64,000 nucleotides of DNA from Octopus bimaculoides (taxonomy: Eukaryota), in assembly GCF_001194135.2 (NCBI RefSeq), contig NC_068984.1, forward strand, positions 120,327,933 through 120,391,932, written 5' to 3'. The position numbers and the translations under genes were made by a program. Shown here in pieces: positions 37,381-49,082 of the stretch. The notes below the pieces were generated by a model. It was not told where the DNA came from. It ran no database searches and saw nothing but the letters and a program-made list of their open reading frames with translations. The first letter of the stretch is position 1, and every line of letters begins with the position of its first letter.

Positions 37381-40300
37381 ATCATCATTTTTATGCCTGT
37401 TTTTCCATGCTTGCATGGATTGGAGGGGTTCTCTGCAGCACAGCATCCTACCACTTGTTGAGTTCTTTTTGTCTTCTTTTTTGAGGTTCAGCTTCCTGAG
37501 ATTAGCTTTCGCCATTTCTACCTGTATTTTCCTTGGTTTCCTCATCTGTTGTTTCCATCCATATGAATCTCTTGGCTCTTTTTCTCCCACCTGTCATCAT
37601 CCATATGCATTACATGTCCATTTCTCTCTTCCACACTACAATTCATTCTCTCACAGCTCATTTGTGTCTTGTCAATCATGCATACTAGTGGACTATGCTT
37701 ACTTCATTTCTTTCAAACCTTTGTACATCCTCTGCATTGAATGCTTAAGTTTCACTGTCATGCAATATTGTAGTTTGTACACAAGCAATCTATACTTTGC
37801 TCCCTTGTCAGCAGAGATAATAGCTTCCTGTACTTTTCCCATTCTATTCTAATTTTGGATACTTTACTTTCAGGATGCCCTCATTCACTGCTTATTAAGT
37901 TGTCTAGTTAACAAAAGCTATCATCTATTCTATAAAACCTTCTGAGGATTACAAGGAATTTATCTTGATGGTACTCTGAGCATTCACTACTCCTGTTCAT
38001 TTACCAAAGGTAAGTTGACAGCAAAGTCTTTATTTGCTGTCAGCTTGCCTTTGGTCTCTTATGCATGGTACACTTGATGGAGTTTCTACCTATTCATTTT
38101 CTGCATATTGAGCATGGCTGTTTTCCGGTTGGTATCAGTGCCTTTTCTTGCTTACTAAAGCTTTAGTCTTTGCTAAATTTATTCTGAGATCTCTTGATTC
38201 TTGGTTTGATTTTCACATGTAGAATTTCCTCTCTAAATCTTTCGTAGTCCCTGCTATAAGTACTAGGTCATCCATATAATGGAGTTCTTACAAGCTGATG
38301 ACTATAATAAACAGGAGATGGATGAAAATAGAACCTTAGTGAACACCTAGCTGCACTGCATCTCTGAACATGCCTTGCATTGCTCTCACCAGCCATTCAT
38401 CGACTCCTAATTTTCTGAGCAGCCTCTATGCTATACATTATGGTCCTATAGATGAATGAATATTTGATGGAGAAGCTTCTTTGCTAGGAACTTTTTTTGC
38501 AGTTGTCTCATTAGAAAGAGCAAATCAGTGGTACTCTGAACTGCATCTTATCTAAGTAGTTTCCCTAATCAATTGTGCTGAGACTCTTTCTGTTACTTTC
38601 ATAACCTGGCATCTATATAGTTGCTTCTTTGTAGAGTATCTCCTTTGCTTTTGTAACAGTTGATGATCATATTAAGCCAATCATTAGGTATAACTTAGTT
38701 GACGGTGTATGTGATGAGTGTGAGCTTTATTCTACCAAAATGCTTTCAGTATCTCAGTGACTGCACCAGATGAATCAGCTGCTTTCACCAACTTCATGGC
38801 TCTATTAGCCATTTTGTTCATAAAACTACCAAAGTAAACCAGGTATACTTTGAATATACCTTGAATAGATTTTTTCAAGCAGTTTCCATATTCAATAATT
38901 TATTGAAATAATATAACTTCAAGCATCTTTCTTCTCATCATCAGTTAGGAGAAGTGCACCATTCTTGTTTCAAACACACTTTTCTCCAGCAATACCTTGG
39001 TTCATTCCGATGTACTGTCTTGCACTCAAGAACACTTCATGCCTCTGTTACTCCCACCACTAAACATTGGTAAATTTCGTTTTGGCTTCTATCCCTGCTA
39101 AACATGCACATGTCTACCTATTCTTCTAGTGACATGTTACTGCTTTTTGATGCCACCTTTCTTCCGTTCTTTCTAGGCTAGTATTTTAGCTTTTATGGCT
39201 CTATCCACTTTAGTATTTCACCACTATGTTACTTTTTGTCTAGCTGATGCCTTGCTCCAACTATAGATCTACCTTAACTTTCAACAAGTTCTGGAAGCTG
39301 TCAATTATCCTCTTAGTTATAGACCTGTATATCTTCTTTTTTATTATACACCTCATCTTGTATCACTCTGAATCTAAATTTTGCAGTAGAGTATTTTAGT
39401 TTCCACACTTTTTTTTTCTTGACTGTCTTTTGCCTTTCGGTCTATTTGACTCTTATTCAGAAATCAGTAAACAATAGTCTATATTGGGTGAGATATTCTT
39501 CAACAGGAAAAGACACAGCATTTATAACTATTAGTCAATCCTATTTCCTGGTGAAAACAAAATCTACCTAACTTACAAGTTGATCTGACTGGAAGATGAT
39601 CAAGTGGCTGTTTGGTTTCCTGAATTCATTTGAATCGCAGAACTTTAAAAGTCCCAATATCTTTAGAACCATATCCATAACTCTAGGCGAACACCATGTA
39701 CTCCAGAACAGCTATCATCATACGACCTAACTTGTCCAATAAAATCACAGCTATTTATTGAGGTGATTTGCAAGCGAGCTTGTTAAAGCTGCTCTTTTGC
39801 TTATCAATTAGTTCTGATTGTAGGGTGTAGGCAGAGTTAACAGTTACTGTTGCTTTGTCTGTAAACAGCCTAAGCTTAATTATCCTGTCACATGCCATTT
39901 TACCACAATTACGTTATCTGTACAATTTTTAGCCACTAAAATACCTGCACCACCTAATCCAGCCTTATTACCTACTCAGAAGAATTTATACCAGTGTTCA
40001 TTGCCTGTAAAGAGTCTAGCTGAGGCTCCACAACATCTTACCTCTTGCACACAGCATACATCTTGCCTCTACTCTGGCATCTCTGTAATCTCATGAGATC
40101 TTCCTTTTATTGTACCAGCATTAATTAATTGCAGCCTAAAGATTTTACACTAACAAAGAAGATGATCGTCTATTGTAGGATGCTTGATGTTTCCTTCCTA
40201 CACCTGAAAGAGAATATGCCATCACTTGATAATGGCTAAGGAGTTTTTGCACATGGCCAAATGTTTCCACTCATCCACCTTGCTACTGTGCACAGTACAG

Positions 40301-40680
40301 CATGATGAGTGTTAGTCTTATGTTTGCAATAAGAGCTTTTCATTGTGATAGACCTTTGATTAGCTTTAGTATTATTTTACAGACTGGATTACCCATTTTG
40401 TTACCAACCACTTTACAGCAGGGTCTGGGAACATTTCTTCATTACAACAGCACTAAAGTGTCTTCTCCATATTTCCAGTTTTTATTCAGAATACATCTCT
40501 CCTGGATACTGGATAGGTTGCCTTCACTAAGGTTTATGGAGTCCACATCTTGCATGTGCAGGCAATTTAATGAAGTTATTGCTCTCCTAGACAGTTTGCC
40601 TTCATTTGGGCTTATAACATCCATCTTTCCCCATGTAAGTAAGTTAGTTCAAAGCTTACACCTCCTCCTAGACAGGTTGT
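37381..40680 (-). mobile_element. old, near-full-length decayed RTE LINE (APE endonuclease plus RT)
   Basis: Minus-strand remnants: DVCCVQEVRCCGASARLFTGNEHWYKFF*VGNKAGLGGAGIL (APE, about 40070-39930); LRKLGVDEWLVRAM..GVH*GS; LHYMDDLVLIAG (YADD-like, about 38280); AEDVQRFERNE; RKPRKI..NLRKLNL. The 3' UTR ends CCATGCAAGCATGGAAAAACAGGCATAAAAATGATGAT. Many stops and frameshifts. Confidence 0.88.
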
Positions 40681-41824
40681 TGGGGTGTAGAAGAAGGATG
40701 AGAAGGGGAAGGAGACAAGTGAGAGGGATATAAGGGAGGCAGCTGGTTGATGGAGGATATATCAGAAAGATGTGTAGGTATGAGGTAACGGACAGGTCGT
40801 ATGATAGAGAGGAGAGGTACAAGAAAGAGGGGGTGTGAGAGGGGGAGGTAATGGATAGATCATATGGCAGAGAGGAGAAGGGAGAGAAAGATGTGTGGAA
40901 CAAAGAAAGGTGAGTATGTGAAAATGGAGTCCACATCGACTGGAACTGATATTGAAAGCATAGAAATCCAAAGAAATTTTTAAAGAAAAGCATTAAAAAA
41001 TACAGTGGAGTCGGGATTATATTTTGAAACTCTGCCAAAATGTTTGCCAAATCTTGAATGTCTGATGTTTCAAAACATCATAGATTATAATAAAAATGTT
41101 AGAAGTGTTTTGAAAACTTATACTGAAATGAATAAATACCTAAGTGATTTTTAACAAAACAGCATTTAAACGCAGCAATGATGTAAAGCAATGACACTGA
41201 GTACATTTTAGCAAATTGATAATTTTCATTTTGAGTTACATTTTCCATTTACCAAATTCACTTATAAATTGAATGTTTACTTATTTCTGTGTACTTGCAA
41301 TTTATGTTTCAAATATTAGTGACTCACCATTAAAGTAACTTGCTTTGCAGTTGTCCATGTCAAAGATAGATACCATGACATAGTCATCTATATTGTTAGT
41401 GCAGTGAGTGAAGGCACATAGCTTCATGGTTAGGATATTTGGCCCTTGATTGTAAGGTCATGAGTTTGATTCCTGGCAGCATGTTGTGTCCTTGAACAAG
41501 ACACTTTATCTCATGTTGTTCCAGTCCACTCAGTGGGCAAAAACAAAATTTACTAGTATTTTGTTTCAGGAGACCAGCCTTGTTTGATCTGGGTGTCTGA
41601 TCTGCATTTTCAATCTATGACAAGTCATTTTGCCATCTGATAATAAAATACTAATAGCCTTGTAATTTGTCTTTGAAATTTGCAGATTTTGTGCTCTGAG
41701 AGTCTGGCAAGAAATTAACAATTTATGTTTCTCCGCAAAGCACTGAATCCCTCTCAACACTGGCCTTGGAATCTGTGATTTTCAGCACCTTGAGATACTT
41801 GTGCTATATGTATATGTGTGTGTA

Positions 41825-41887
<63 letters not shown>

Positions 41888-42137
41888 GTAAATATGTGTA
41901 TGTGTGTGTATATTCATGAATATTGACAATTTACAGCTTTGCTTGTCACTTCTGAGTAACACACTTATATCCTTTGCTAACATTACTAATGGTCGTTCTG
42001 TGCTTCTAAAGCCCAAGTGAATAAAAAAAAATTGTTTACTGAAATAACAGTTATGGGCTTATGTCAAGAAGTACTCTTCAAAATGAGTCCCCGTCCAACC
42101 CACGCTAACTTGGAAAAAACCAGGCTTAAATGAACAA

Positions 42138-42182
<45 letters not shown>

Positions 42183-43316
42183 ATGATACTGCATTGGAAT
42201 TTAGATATTCATTTGTTCCCCCTTTGTGTTTGTATTTGGGTAGCATAACAATTTACAAGTTTGCATTGACAGTTCTGACTACTGTAAATCCATTTTTAAG
42301 TACAAACAATATTTCATTCTGAAGCATACCCCTAGATTAAGAAATTCCTTATTGCTTCAGCTGCAATCTTTATTTATTTTACTTGTGAGATTGAACTGAT
42401 TTTTATTTCTCCCATTGGTTAAAATTGATGAAAACCAGCAAGCAAACAAGTAAAAATTCTAATTTATTCTTTGTTTGGTCTTTCAAGAATGGCTATCAGT
42501 TAATAAATTTTACCATCTCAATATTTATGAATTTTTTTCTTCTAATTTTCAAATCCTCTGGCAGTTTAAATGAGAAAAATTCTCATGCAAATGTTAAATA
42601 ATTTTTTTGTTTTTACCTTTTGTTATCTTGCTGTATGAATTTGAATGTTATTTATATATCATTGGAATAATCCAGCATCGAGGAAAATAAATTAACTATC
42701 GTTCTATCATATACTCATGATAAAAACAAACAGACAAACCCTCCAATAAATATTACTGCAACAAGAACAGCTATAGTTTTGTATGTATTCATTGTTCATT
42801 TTTTGTTTTTCTTTAGCTTTTTAACCCTTATTATTTTCAAGTAATATGAATGATGAATATTAAAACAAAATATGAAAAATATAAGTTGTTGGTCTCATTT
42901 TCATTTAAAGACTGTAAATGTATTCTATATTGCATCTGAAGGCATTCAATTTCATGCTGCATCAGAAAAAAAAAAAGAAGAAGAAAAAAAGAAAATGTAA
43001 GAAATTAATGTGTACATATAGCTATATTCTTATATTGCATTTCTAATATAATATCTAGAAACATTTAGATGTTGAAACAAAGAAAATTAAAAGCCAACAT
43101 ATCTGTGGTTGTCTTGAGGCTAAAGAAACTTGTGATTATTATCTAGTCATCAATTGGTGAATTACTAACTAACTCAGTATTTTTATGCATTGTAAATCTT
43201 CTGCAGATATCAAAATGAACATTTTTTTCACTTTCTCTATTGGGGTATTTATAAACATATTCTAATGACTGAGTATGCATGTTTTAACATAAGATGATGG
43301 GAATTATATGGTTTAA

Positions 43317-44149
43317 TCTTCTTAATACCAACTTGCCCAAGCCCACTCCTAGTTCTATTATGGTACAAGCTTTCCGCTTTAAATTAAAATCTTCCATCAA
43401 AATTTTAAATTTAAAGCCTTCCATCAAAATTTCATGTTAATTTCATGTTCTAAACTTAAACCCTTTAGTGTTTACATTATTCTGTTCAGTGGAATGATTA
43501 TTTATTCACATGTTTTGAATTAATCATGCATTATCTCAAAGCTTTGAGATTTTGATGAGGTAACTGTTAATTTTTAGAAGGATATTGTAGGAATGATGTG
43601 AGAGGCCGGAGCTGACTAGTTTGAATATAAAGCAGGTGGATATGGCCTGTTTAAATACTAAAGGGTTAAGACGGTGAGCTGGCAGAACCGTTAGCACGCC
43701 GGGCGAAATGCTTAGCGGTATTTCGTCTGCCGTTACATTCTGAGTTCAAATTCCGCCAAGGTCAATTTTGCCTTTTATACTTTCGGGGTCGGTAAATTAA
43801 GTACCAATTATGCACTGGGGTCGATGTAATCAACTTAATCATTTTGTCTGTTCTTGTTTGTCCCCTCTAAGTTTAGCCCCTTGTGAGCAATAAAGAAATA
43901 AGAAACATTAGCATGCCGGGCAAACCTCTTAGTGGCATTTCATTGATAGAATAAGTACCAGTTGAACTTTAGGGTCAATGTAATCGACTTACTCTCTCCT
44001 CCGAAATTGTTGACCGTGTGCCAAAATTTGAAATCAGTTTATGTAGTAAACAGCAGCTTAGTAATGACAGTTATTTTACTTAATTTTTCTTTAAAATATT
44101 AATTGAAATAAAAGCAGAGTATTTCAACAAAAGTATGGTTACAAAAAAG
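43317..44149. mobile_element. nested cluster: MITE H split by SINE B copies, with MITE G (43461-43665) in the TTAA at the SINE 5' edge
   Basis: MITE H halves at 43317-43455 and about 44039-44149 are collinear with 3381-3601; TTAA at 43456-43459 and 43666-43669; SINE B begins at 43670. Confidence 0.8.
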
Positions 44150-45299
44150 TTAAGTGAATAATGGTTGACCTGGATTTGTAGCCTTAGCTATGTAACTTGC
44201 CATTGGTCTTGAGCTCCAAGTCCAACTATCATTTAACAGATTTATAATGAAAAATATTCCACATATGATCATCTTCTATTTTTCAGGATATGTAGAACTA
44301 CATTATCTAACATTTCCTTTCCTTATTGAAGTTGGAAAGGTGTGATTCGAGGGTTGTTTGGACACTATTTTCAGTATATTGGGCCACCACTTAAAGGCTT
44401 TCCCTTGATGGTGCATATTTTTAATAGTTTTATTTATATATAAATTATGTTTGAAACTCAAATATATTTTATTTCTTGTAATGGAAATGAAAACAAGGAT
44501 TACAGAAAGAAATAGCATGAAACATTTATTAATTCCTAAAAAAATTAATGGGAAATAATGAAAGTTTCACCCTAACTTTAATTATAAATAGATTGAGATG
44601 GAATTCAAGTAGTAAAACAAGTGGAGGCTGGATTTAGACATTACTGAGGCCTTCTAAACGAGAGGTACTTATGAATAGTTGCTGATTCAGCTCTTGAAGG
44701 CTTTTCGTGTTTACAACTAACACTACTACAGTAACAATGACAACAATTCTTTAACAGTATTACAAACATTCAAACAACTTTTACTAGAAAGTTCATGTGT
44801 GTGTGTGTGTGTGTGTGTACATATACATTAAGAAAGCTTTGATTGGCTTTGGTCTATAGTAGAAGACACTTGCCCAAAATTCTGTGCAGTGGATCCAGAC
44901 CACAAGGTTTTGGGTTCAGTCCCATTGTGCAGTACTTTGGGAAAAAGCTCCAGGCTGATCAAAGCCATAGAAATAAACTTGGCAGATGGAAACTGAAAGA
45001 AGCTCATTGCACATATATGTATGTGTGTGTGTTTAGATTTGCACATATTTGAAGATCACAAACCACAAGCGTGCATAGCTGTGTGGTTAAGAGCAATATT
45101 TTCAACAAAATTTTACTGTAATTATCTAATCTGTATATAGCTTCACTATCAAGCTTGTTTTCTCCTATCTAGCACTTTGATGGACTTATCATTAAGCCAC
45201 TCATTGGTGTAATAATCACGCTTCACTCTGCTTTGTCTATGGCAATTTCAAACCCATTGGTGCTAATTATACTAACTGTTTCAAAGATGTTTTTTTTAA

Positions 45300-45608
45300 C
45301 CTTTGTATTAAACTGGCCATATTTGACCCAAATATTCTACCTGCATTATGTTGAAACTGACCATATCAGACCCAAGTATTCTACCTGCTTTATGCTGAAA
45401 CTGGCCATATCTGGCCCAAATATTCTACCTGTTTTATATTCAGACTGGCCAGTCTGACCTGTCACACCTATCCAACAATATCATTCTAAAAATAAGCAAT
45501 CATGTCATTGTAATTTTGAAGCTATGAGATAATGCATGATTAATTCAAAACAAGACAAATAGATAAGCATTGCATTTGACAGAGTAATCTGAATGTAATA
45601 CCAAAGGG
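45300..45608. mobile_element. MITE family G with an internal 44-bp tandem repeat (three units plus a partial)
   Basis: TTAA at 45296-45299 and 45609-45612; units at 45311-45354, 45355-45398 and 45399-45442. Confidence 0.85.
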
Positions 45609-46630
45609 TTAAGTTAATAAAAGATAGACAGCAGTCATCATCATCATCATTTAGTGTCCATTTTCCATGCTGGCATGAGTTGTTAGATGGTTTGACTGGA
45701 ACTGGCAAGCTGGAGAGCTGCACCAGGTTCCAGTCTGATTTGGCTTGATTCCTATGGCTGGATGCCCTTCCTAATGCCAACCACTCCAAGAGTGTAGTGG
45801 GTGCCATTTATGTGTCACTGGCATGGGTGCCTTTTACATGTCCTCAGCACCAGCCATGACTGCAATTTCACTTGGCTTGATGAGTCTTCTCAAGCACAGC
45901 AATTATCACCAAAGGTCTTGGAGAAGTCAGTAGATTATCTAAAATTCTTTCTATTAATATGACAAATGTCATGCTATGTTACTTCTGGCTCATTATATTC
46001 CAAGTTCAAATCACTCTGAGATCCCTGTAAATGTTTGAGTTTAATTTACCTGTAAACTTTTGATTTAAGTAAGAACATTTTAAAATGGGCAGTTTTTTGC
46101 ATCACAGAACCATAAGTGGCCTCAGGTAGGCTAGTAGTGTATAAAGATTCTTAATTCATTTGCAAACAACAGGTATGTAGCAAGATTTAGATTTGAAAAC
46201 ATATCTTAGAATCTATCACGGAATTAGCGCCTAATTAGTTAGCTGCCTGACAAAGAAAAAAAATAGTTAATTCTATTTTGGCTGTTAAAATCTACAGTTT
46301 ATTTTCAGGTACAATATATTTAGTGATAAAGAAGACACTAATTAGGTTTCAGCTCTACTATCTTTATTCAAAACTGTTATTGGTAGTAATTTTGTGAAAA
46401 TCATTGAATATTTATTACTTGTTTAACGATCTTATTAATTAGGTATTATAAGCATCATTTTAAGATAGGAACGAATGGCAAGACTTGTGGCTGAACTTCC
46501 CCCATGTATCTGTCCTTGTCAGGTGGCCTGTCGCATTATCAATTACCCTTCAGAAATTATGCAATTCCATTTTCTCTAATTAGGTCCTATAGGATGAACC
46601 ATAAATAGCTTTACCATTAAACATACAGAT

Positions 46631-46664
<34 letters not shown>

Positions 46665-47226
46665 ACATATATATAAATCTCTCTCTCTCTCTCTCTCTCC
46701 CTATATATNNNNNNNNNNNNNNNNNNNNNNNNNNNNNNNNNNNNNNNNNNNNNNNNNNNNNNNNNNNNNNNNNNNNNNNNNNNNNNNNNNNNNNNNNNNN
46801 NNNNNNNNNNNNNNNNNNNNNNNNNNNNNNNNNNNNNNNNNNNNNNNNNNNNNNNNNNNNNNNNNNNNNNNNNNNNNNNNNNNNNNNNNNNNNNNNNNNN
46901 NNNNNNNNNNNNNNNNNNNNNNNNNNNNNNNNNNNNNNNNNNNNNNNNNNNNNNNNNNNNNNNNNNNNNNNNNNNNNNNNNNNNNNNNNNNNNNNNNNNN
47001 NNNNNNNNNNNNNNNNNNNNNNNNNNNNNNNNNNNNNNNNNNNNNATATGCGTATATGGGTACAGGCATCACAAAACGTAAACAACATGAAATACGAAAA
47101 CAAAGTTGGGTACGCAAACAACAAGATAAACAAATAGAAAACAAGACAAGTAACATAAAGAACGACCCTTCATCAGCTGTCGGCTGTCCATCTGCTCCTC
47201 ATTTCGAGCATTCAATGACATACATA

Positions 47227-48074
47227 CAAGGGAGTACCCAAAAATAACTGGAAACGTTCTCTGTGGGACAAACCCATTGTAGTTCAGGCTTCTGCTGCTA
47301 GAAGCCACTTGATGTGACCCTCAAGCATCATCAGTCTGCTGACCGGCATTGTTGAGTAAAGTCATACTGGTGCCTCTTTGTTTTGCAGTGATTTTCTGTT
47401 TATCGATTTTACAATGGTTGAAACGGAAGGACAGCGTGCTTCCATGAAATTCTGTTTTCTGTTGGGGAAAATTGGCTGAAACAGTTGTCATTCTTCAAAC
47501 AGCTTAGGACACTGCCATGAGCAAAGCACAAGTTTATGAGTGGTTTCCATGCTTGAAGACCAATCTCATTCAGGACGACCGTCGACCTTCCGAACGAATG
47601 AAAACATCATGAAAATTCATAAGCTGATCTTTGAGGACAGTCACTGAACAATTGGTGAACTTGTTGGTATAACTCGTGTGTACTGGAGCTCCTGCCAATG
47701 AATTTTGAGTGAGGAATTGCGAATGAAAAAAGTTTCAGCAAAATTTGTTCCTTGCTTGCTCATGGAAGATCAAAAACAGTCACGACTGAATGCGTGAACT
47801 GAAGAACGGTTAGAAGTTGATCTGGACCTTTTTGCAGAGGTCATCACTGGTGACAAAAGCAAGTGTTACTGAATAATTTGCAGTTGTGGAAGAAATGAAG
47901 GAAAAAAAATAACAGAGGTATTAAAAGGCTCTGCTTCAAATTGTGGAAAATGTGCCAGGACTAATGCATTGGTTCAAATGGAGAAAACTTTGAAGGTGAT
48001 AAAAGTATAAGCATATAAAACTAAGTAAATAAAATAATATTGCAAAATTCTGGTTTCTTTTGGGTACCACCTCG
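47227..48074 (+). mobile_element. internally deleted, decayed mariner (Tc1/mariner) transposon
   Basis: TA TSDs at 47225-47226 and 48075-48076; imperfect TIRs CAAGGGAGTACCCAAAAATAACTGGAA / CGAGGTGGTACCCAAAAGAAACCAGAA. Transposase remnants from ATG 47414: QRASMKFCFLLG..QVYEWF..SGRPST..ILSEELRMKKVSAKFVP..VITGD..CIGSNGENFEGD. Confidence 0.92.
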
Positions 48075-48161
48075 TATATATATGTGTGTGTGTGTGTGTG
48101 TGTATATATGTGTATTTTCAGGATTAAATAAAAGGAAGACAACAAATGAAAAATAGACATA

Positions 48162-48197
<36 letters not shown>

Positions 48198-48879
48198 AAA
48201 AAAAAAGCGTGTAGTAAATAAACAAATGAACATATACTCAATACACAGGCGAACAGAAAACACAGAAGGTCACCAACTCCTCATCAGTTATCGGCCAGAG
48301 GGTCAAACGCAATTTCGGCCATGTATAAATAAGGTACTTTTATTATCTTAATTGGACTATTTTACACACACACACACACATCCATATATATATATATATA
48401 TATATGTGCACACACACACACGCGCACACACACATATATACNNNNNNNNNNNNNNNNNNNNNNNNNNNNNNNNNNNNNNNNNNNNNNNNNNNNNNNNNNN
48501 NNNNNNNNNNNNNNNNNNNNNNNNNNNNNNNNNNNNNNNNNNNNNNNNNNNNNNNNNNNNNNNNNNNNNNNNNNNNNNNNNNNNNNNNNNNNNNNNNNNN
48601 NNNNNNNNNNNNNNNNNNNNNNNNNNNNNNNNNNNNNNNNNNNNNNNNNNNNNNNNNNNNNNNNNNNNNNNNNNNNNNNNNNNNNNNNNNNNNNNNNNNN
48701 NNNNNNNNNNNNNNNNNNNNNNNNNNNNNNNNNNNNNNNNNNNNNNNNNNNNNNNNNNNNNNNNNNNNNNNNNNNNNNNNNNNNNNNNNNNNNNNNNNNN
48801 NNNNNNNNNNNNNNNNNNNNNNNNNNNNNNNNNNNNNNNNNNNNNNNNNNNNNNNNNNNNNNNNNNNNNNNNNNNNNNN

Positions 48880-49082
48880 GAGCGTGGCCGTTTTCGTGCG
48901 GGTGACACGTAAAAGCACCCACTACACTCTCTGAGTGGTTGGCGTTAGGAAGGGCATCCAGCTGTAGAAACTCTGCCAAATCAGACTGGAGCCTGGTGTT
49001 GCCATCCGGTTTCACCAGTCCTCAGTCAAATCGTCCAACCCATGCTAGCATGGAAAGCGGACGTTAAACGATGATGATGATG
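48880..49082 (+). mobile_element. young RTE 3' UTR with (GAT)n tail; the 5' part is hidden in the gap
   Basis: Near-identical to the reverse complement of 12108-12310 and 54079-54278. Confidence 0.92.

Noticed and set aside
37415-40733. Plus-strand ORFs of 143-145 aa (37415-37852 and 40302-40733)
   Set aside because: They are antisense shadows of the decayed RTE element.
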